Shown here: positions 59,293 to 64,000 of the stretch, one piece after another | Layout: every line of letters starts with the position of its first letter | Position numbering within the stretch: the first letter of the stretch is position 1 | Origin: Myxococcales bacterium | GTDB lineage: Bacteria > Myxococcota_A > Polyangia > Polyangiales > DASUME01 | Reading direction: 5' to 3' | Assembly (NCBI GenBank): GCA_047601445.1 | Contig: JASGJH010000001.1 | Coordinates: 3,328,001-3,392,000, forward strand | Length of the DNA: 64,000 nucleotides | Translations under genes and position numbers: made by a program | The notes under the pieces: generated by a model | What the model was told of the DNA's origin: nothing | The model's input: only the letters and a program-made list of their open reading frames with translations | Database searches by the model: none

Positions 59293-59319
59293 TCCAGGCG
59301 TCAGGCCGCGACGTGGCTG

Positions 59320-59646
59320 CTAGGCGCTCGGCTGGTCGAAGTAGCGCTGCACCAGGTCTTTGATGGTGGCGAGTTCGACATCGGCGACCTTGCCGTCGGC
59401 GCGGGCGAGCGCGATGGCCTCGCGCAAAAACATCTTGATGCACTCTTCGGGCAGACGCGTGTCGATCGGCGGAGGCCCGGAACGCATCCATTCCTCGAGC
59501 TCGGAAAACCCGACCGACCCGTGCGCCATGCGCGTGAGCAGATCGAGGAGCTGTTCGTACTCCGCGGTGCTTACTTCCCCGTCTGACCGAGCCACCACAC
59601 AGCACATCGCGAGCAGCGCGCGACGCTGGGGTCTATTGAGCTCCAT
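59320..59646 (-). CDS. TerB-like protein
   Basis: VARSDGEVSTAE and LARADGKVADVE paired TerB motifs. Confidence 0.8.
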   Translation of the reverse strand: MELNRPQRRALLAMCCVVARSDGEVSTAEYEQLLDLLTRMAHGSVGFSELEEWMRSGPPPIDTRLPEECIKMFLREAIALARADGKVADVELATIKDLVQRYFDQPSA

Positions 59647-59849
59647 ATGGGTGATCACAGCGTGCCGAACGGTAACGGTCAAGGGTATCCACAGGGGCGC
59701 ACGATGTTCTTACCTACGCCCAGCACGCACCACAGGGCCGAGGGGCGTCGGGACCGGGTCGACAGCCAAGGGGCAGCCGGTGTGGTCCTCCGGGGAGCCC
59801 TGAGCTATGACTCGGCCGCGCGGCCGATTTCCGGGCGTTTTCACGAGAC

Positions 59850-60984
59850 ATGTACAGCGACTACGACACGATGCGCACCATGCTGCGGCTGGCCAACAGC
59901 CCGGCGACGTTTTCCCTGCGCCGCGCGCTGTTTGCCGACGGGCTGGTCTCGCTGGTGGCGAGCATCGGGGCCCTCAACCGGGTGGCGGAGCGCATCGATG
60001 AGCGGCTCTACCCCGAGTACCACCAGCAGCCGGTGGGCAAGCCCATCTACATCGTGGCGGCTCCCCGCTCGGGCACCACGTTTCTGCACCGGCTGATGTC
60101 GCGGGACCCCCAGTTCACCACCTTCAAGATGCTGGAGACCTTCTTCCCGACCATCACGGGTCAGAAGGTCATCGAGCGGGTGACGCGGGTGAATGGGCGC
60201 GTGGGGGGGGCCCTGAACCGCCTCACGGAGCTCATCGACAGCTCGTCCTTTGGGGCCTGGGAGGGCATCCACGACACCGGGCTGAACCAGGACGAGGAAG
60301 ACGAGGCCATCTGGGCCATGGCCTTCGCCACGCCGGCCATCTGGCTGGTGCTGCCCTACCCCGAGCGCTTCGCCCACCTACGCTTCATCGACAAGCTGCC
60401 GGAAGACAAGAAGCGGAAGCTCATCGCCTACTATCGCGGGGTGGTGCAGCGGCACCTCCACCTGCGCCCGGGCAAGACCCTGCTGGCCAAGAACGTGCTC
60501 TTGCCGGGCCGCTTCGAGATCGTGACCGGGGCCCTGCCCGACGCGCGCTTCGTGCACGTGCTGCGTCACCCCTACGAGGCCCTGCCCTCGATGCTGAGCC
60601 TGTTCACGGTGCCCTGGCGCTGGCATTCCCCGGAGGTGCGCCCGGACGGCCCCGAGGCGCGCGCTTTGACCGAACTCACCATCGACTACTACCGATTCCT
60701 ACACAGCCAGAGCCTCGAGAGTGAGCGCCAGCGCAAGCGGCAGTTCTTCAACGTGACCTACAACGACCTGCTGGCCGACCCGATGAAGACGGTCGAGCAG
60801 ATCTGACGATCGCTTCGAGCTGCCCTTCACGGACGCGCTCAAGCAGGACCTGGGTCGGGAGGTCGCCCAACAGCGGCGGTTCCGCAGCGACCACAAGTAC
60901 AGCCTCGCGCAGTTCGGGCTGACCAAGGACTACGTGTACGAGCAGCTCAAGGAGCTGTTCGAGCACTACGGCTTCTCGCGCTGA
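59850..60984 (+). CDS. PAPS-dependent sulfotransferase (+1 frameshift at about 60805)
   Basis: PIYIVAAPRSGTTFLH, RHP..LPSM, YNDL.ADP; removing G from ATCTGAC restores IYDRFELPF..HKYSLAQFGL..YGFSR*. Confidence 0.88.
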
Positions 60985-60998
60985 AGGCCACGGGCGTG

Positions 60999-61054
60999 CC
61001 TCGCGGTGGGCCCCGGCGCCGCGACGGACCGGGAGGTCGCGTGACCTCCCCGCG
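60999..61054 (-). repeat. Palindromic intergenic element family B
   Basis: Reverse complement GCGGGGAGGTCACGCGACCTCCC..TCCG..CGCGGC..CCGCGAGG matches 38672-38740. Confidence 0.7.
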
Positions 61055-61165
61055 TTACAAACAAGCCAGCAGGATGGCGGCGCCGAGGGCCAGCCAGGGA
61101 GCCGCGCGCTCGAGGGGCGTGTGGGGCTGAAACCAGTCTTCGTCCCAGGTATCCATCTGCTTCAT
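61055..61165 (-). CDS. 36-aa small membrane protein
   Basis: GGAGG SD 7 nt before ATG; MKQMDTWDEDWFQPHTPLERAAPWLALGAAILLACL*. Confidence 0.5.
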   Translation of the reverse strand: MKQMDTWDEDWFQPHTPLERAAPWLALGAAILLACL

Positions 61166-61381
61166 GCGGAGGCCTCCAGCAGGGGTTTCGCGCGACGGTC
61201 GCGCGGCTCAGGACGCGCGACCCCGACTAAAGCAGCTCGAGTCGACGAGGTCTGCGAGCGAGCAAACCTTTGACGTCGAGTTCGGCGTTATCGTCACGCG
61301 TGCGCGCAGGATTCGCCAGAATTCGGCAGCCGAGGTGACCTGGCTTGGTGTGCCGGCCCACGCTCCCTGGCGCGCGCACGC

Positions 61382-62338
61382 TCAGCGGAGGATCCGCTCC
61401 ACGTCCGGCACGAGGAGCTCGGGCAGATTCTCTTCACCCAACATCTGGCGCAGGTTGACCTCGACGGTGCGCGAGATGGTCATCAGCGGCAGGTCATTGT
61501 CGTCCGTACCGAAGGGCTCCTCCAGCTCGTCGCCCACGGCGTCGAGGCCGAGAAAGGCGTAGGCAATGAGCAACACCACGACGGGCGTGAGCTGCTTGGT
61601 GGTGCTCACGAGTCCAAACGGCAGCGAGAAGCAATAGGCAGCCACGATGCTGTGGATCAGGAGTGTGTAAGACCACGGGATGGGCGTGGCCCGGATGCGT
61701 TCGCAGCCGCCCTGCACGTCCACCATGTCGCTGAGCAGGTTCTCGAGCAGGTGAACGTCGCGGGAGTGGAGCACGCCGTGGAAGCGCGCTTCGGTGACCA
61801 GGCGTCCCATCCCGTTCACGATGGCGAGTGGAACGTTGTACTCGCGCGTCAGCCCCGCGAGTTCGGCCTCGGGTAAGAGACCGCGTAGCGGCGTAAGGTC
61901 ATCGACAGGACCGCGCAGGTGCAGGCGTAGCGCGTGCGTGAACGCAATCGCTCGATAGACGAGGTCGCGGCGAAGGCTAGCGATGGCCTGCGCGTCCAAG
62001 CTAGCGTCAGGCGTCGCGCGCACGTCGATCAAGTCCAGCACCAGGCGGGCGAAGCTACGCGCGTCGTTGACGAGCCTGCCCCAGAGTCTCCTGCCTTCCC
62101 AGTAGCGGTCGTAGCTAGCGTTGTTGCGAAAGCCGAGAAACACGCCGAGCGCGAGGCCGATCAAGTTGAAGGGCAGCGGTGTAAGGTCCGTAAGTAGGCG
62201 GGCGTGATTCGAGAGATAAGTCACGATGCAGGCCACGGCGAACACGGCCAAGAGGCGCCCGCGGATCCGCGGCAAGGCACTGCCGCGCACCTGAAACAGC
62301 AAACGAAACCAGCTGATGCGTCGATCTGGAACGATCAT
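61382..62338 (-). CDS. Bestrophin family (YneE-like) ion channel
   Basis: FLGFRNNASYDRYWEGRRLWG, GGCERIRATPIP, ELEEPFG..NDLPL. Confidence 0.93.
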   Translation of the reverse strand: MIVPDRRISWFRLLFQVRGSALPRIRGRLLAVFAVACIVTYLSNHARLLTDLTPLPFNLIGLALGVFLGFRNNASYDRYWEGRRLWGRLVNDARSFARLVLDLIDVRATPDASLDAQAIASLRRDLVYRAIAFTHALRLHLRGPVDDLTPLRGLLPEAELAGLTREYNVPLAIVNGMGRLVTEARFHGVLHSRDVHLLENLLSDMVDVQGGCERIRATPIPWSYTLLIHSIVAAYCFSLPFGLVSTTKQLTPVVVLLIAYAFLGLDAVGDELEEPFGTDDNDLPLMTISRTVEVNLRQMLGEENLPELLVPDVERILR

Positions 62339-62607
62339 GCCGGCACGACCTGCAGGGCCTGTACGGCTCGCTCCGCCCGCGTGCCAAACGCCGAAGCACC
62401 CGCCGACCCGCGGATTTCGCGGCGCGCACCATGCGCTTTCGCCAGGGTATCGCGCACCGAAACGGCGCGCACGAAGGCGAGCGCATTGCCGCAGCGCACC
62501 GACGCTCTCGAGTTCGTTGGCGGGGCGCTCACGCGCGCACGAGCAGACGCTTTCAGGAGCTGGAATTCCTCGGAACCTTCAATAGGTACAGCGCGAATCT
62601 TCGACAT
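62335..62607 (-). CDS. Hypothetical protein
   Basis: AGGAG SD; stop overlaps bestrophin start (ATGA); no recognisable domain. Confidence 0.4.
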   Translation of the reverse strand: MSKIRAVPIEGSEEFQLLKASARARVSAPPTNSRASVRCGNALAFVRAVSVRDTLAKAHGARREIRGSAGASAFGTRAERAVQALQVVPA

Positions 62608-62680
62608 TGTCTGACTCCTACCACAACTTTCATCCCGGTCTGTCTTCGCCACGCCGCAGGCGTTTTGCTAGGCTCGCGCG

Positions 62681-63559
62681 GTGCTCGATTTCTCCGATCT
62701 CGCGACGCGAATGCGCCACGTGACAGATTGGTTGGCGTCCGTTTGGGATGGTCGGGGTCTGATTCTTACCCTCACGGGCGCGGGCATCTCGGCGGAGAGT
62801 GGCATCCCGACTTTTCGTGGCGAAGAGGGCTACTGGCAGATCGGCTCGCGCAACTATTTTCCAGAGGAGCTGGCCACCCGCGCCGCCTTCTCGCGCATGC
62901 CCGACGAGATCTGGGGTTGGTATCTGTATCGGCGCAGCGTATGCCGCGCCGCCTCGCCCAATGCGGGTCACCTGGCGCTGGCCGAACTCGAACGCGGTCT
63001 CGTGGAGCGCAACGAGGGCGAGCGTTTCCTGTTGGTCACGCAGAACGTAGACGGCCTGCATTTGAGGGCCGGGAACACCCTCGCGCGCACTTTTCAGATA
63101 CACGGCAACCTCGACTTCATGCGCTCCATCGAAGACTCCGACACGCGCTGCTATCCGTTGCCCAAGAGCCTCGGCGAGCGCTGGGAGCGCGGACGCGCCA
63201 TCGGTGCAGAGCAACGCGATCTCCTCGTCTGCCCGCACGACGGCAGCCCCGCGCGCCCGCACGTGCTGTGGTTCGACGAGAGCTACGACGAGGAACGCTT
63301 TCGCTATCAGAGCACGCTGGCCGCGGTGGAGCGCGCTGGGCTCGTGCTGGTGATCGGCACCTCGGGCGCCACCAATCTGCCCTCGATGATCGTCCACCGA
63401 ACGGCGCAACGGCAGGTCCCGCTGATCGTGATCAACCGCGATCCGAGCCCGTTCTCCAGCATGGCCGAGCGCATCCCGATGGGTCACTTCGTACAGGGTC
63501 CAGCGGGCGAAGTGCTGCCCCCGTTGGTGAACTTCCTGTTGGACGGCGAGTTGCCCTAG
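62681..63559 (+). CDS. cobB: NAD-dependent deacylase (Sir2/CobB family)
   Basis: TGAGISAESGIPTFRG, PNAGH, TQNVDGLH, HGN, RPHVLWFDE, GTSG, IN. Confidence 0.9.
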   Translation: MLDFSDLATRMRHVTDWLASVWDGRGLILTLTGAGISAESGIPTFRGEEGYWQIGSRNYFPEELATRAAFSRMPDEIWGWYLYRRSVCRAASPNAGHLALAELERGLVERNEGERFLLVTQNVDGLHLRAGNTLARTFQIHGNLDFMRSIEDSDTRCYPLPKSLGERWERGRAIGAEQRDLLVCPHDGSPARPHVLWFDESYDEERFRYQSTLAAVERAGLVLVIGTSGATNLPSMIVHRTAQRQVPLIVINRDPSPFSSMAERIPMGHFVQGPAGEVLPPLVNFLLDGELP

Positions 63560-63574
63560 CGGCGCGGCGGCTCC

Positions 63575-64000
63575 CTAGTTGGGCAGCTGGTTCTTCTTGC
63601 CGGGCTTGTTCCAGATGGCGTCCCAGTTGTCCCGGTAAGTACGCGTAGCCACTTGCGCGGGGCCGTGGTGAGCGTCGCTCCCGCCGCGGGCATTCAACGC
63701 GTTTTCAGGCAGCTGAACCTCCACGTCGCAGACGAGAGGGCTTTCCGGCCGCGGCTTGAGGCGGACGAGCTCGCCCTGGCCGATGTCGCCCTCCTTCACA
63801 CAGCGCACGATGCCCGCTTCGACGCGATCCTCGCGCGCTCGTAAGACAGCTAACGCTTCGCCGTCTTCGCTGATGCCCTGGATCAGCACCACGTCGCCGC
63901 GCTTCTTCTCGGCCTTGTCCCGGCGCGTCGGCTCCCGTTCACTCGCGGCCCGCTCGCGGGCGCCCCTCGTGGCTGGAGATTTCGGCTTGCTGCGGGGTTT
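63575..64000 (-). CDS. Conserved hypothetical protein (5' end outside window)
   Basis: Frame open to the window end; C-terminal GPAQVATRTYRDNWDAIW. Confidence 0.6.
   Translation of the reverse strand, partial: KPRSKPKSPATRGARERAASEREPTRRDKAEKKRGDVVLIQGISEDGEALAVLRAREDRVEAGIVRCVKEGDIGQGELVRLKPRPESPLVCDVEVQLPENALNARGGSDAHHGPAQVATRTYRDNWDAIWNKPGKKNQLPN

Noticed and set aside
58353..59363. Arg-rich C-terminal extension of the 650-aa ORF 57411-59363
   Set aside because: Out-of-frame read-through after the frameshift; the real TldD C-half is in the frame ending at 59187.
45329..60984. Six pseudogenes or programmed ribosomal frameshifts
   Set aside because: No slippery heptamers and no other decay; dapD is housekeeping; the shared GATCT context points to a systematic error.
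62681..63559. Sir2 as anti-phage NADase (Thoeris/DSR)
   Set aside because: Canonical CobB-type motifs and size; no defence partners adjacent.

Overview
GC-rich, gene-dense bacterial chromosome segment. Gene content points to Myxococcota, probably Polyangiales: an MXAN_5187-type protein, two Hanks Ser/Thr kinases, FHA, PilZ and PEGA proteins, and many Cys-rich lipoproteins. About 57 CDS are supported, including housekeeping murI, coaX, pcnB, nagZ, hflX, ttcA, dapD, an HtrA protease and a CobB-type sirtuin. I see no rRNA, tRNA, CRISPR array or transposase. Best candidate for an undescribed system is an MNIO (DUF692) RiPP locus at 54144-56290. Its 84-aa precursor carries a lipoprotein signal and three SCG motifs, and it sits behind a SigF/ECF16-like promoter and a 5' UTR hairpin, suggesting a membrane-anchored bufferin/oxazolin-like metal-binding peptide. 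Other highlights: a lipoprotein with about nine unrecognised 42-48 aa Cys repeats plus a paralogue; an ECF sigma/Ser-Thr kinase/TPR-PEGA/lipoprotein island; a HisKA-only plus full kinase pair; a solo degenerate DrmC-like PLD; and two intergenic palindromic repeat families. Six genes between 45 and 61 kb carry +1 frameshifts, all at GATCT, most likely a methylation-linked sequencing artefact. All calls come from motif recognition only; no searches were run.
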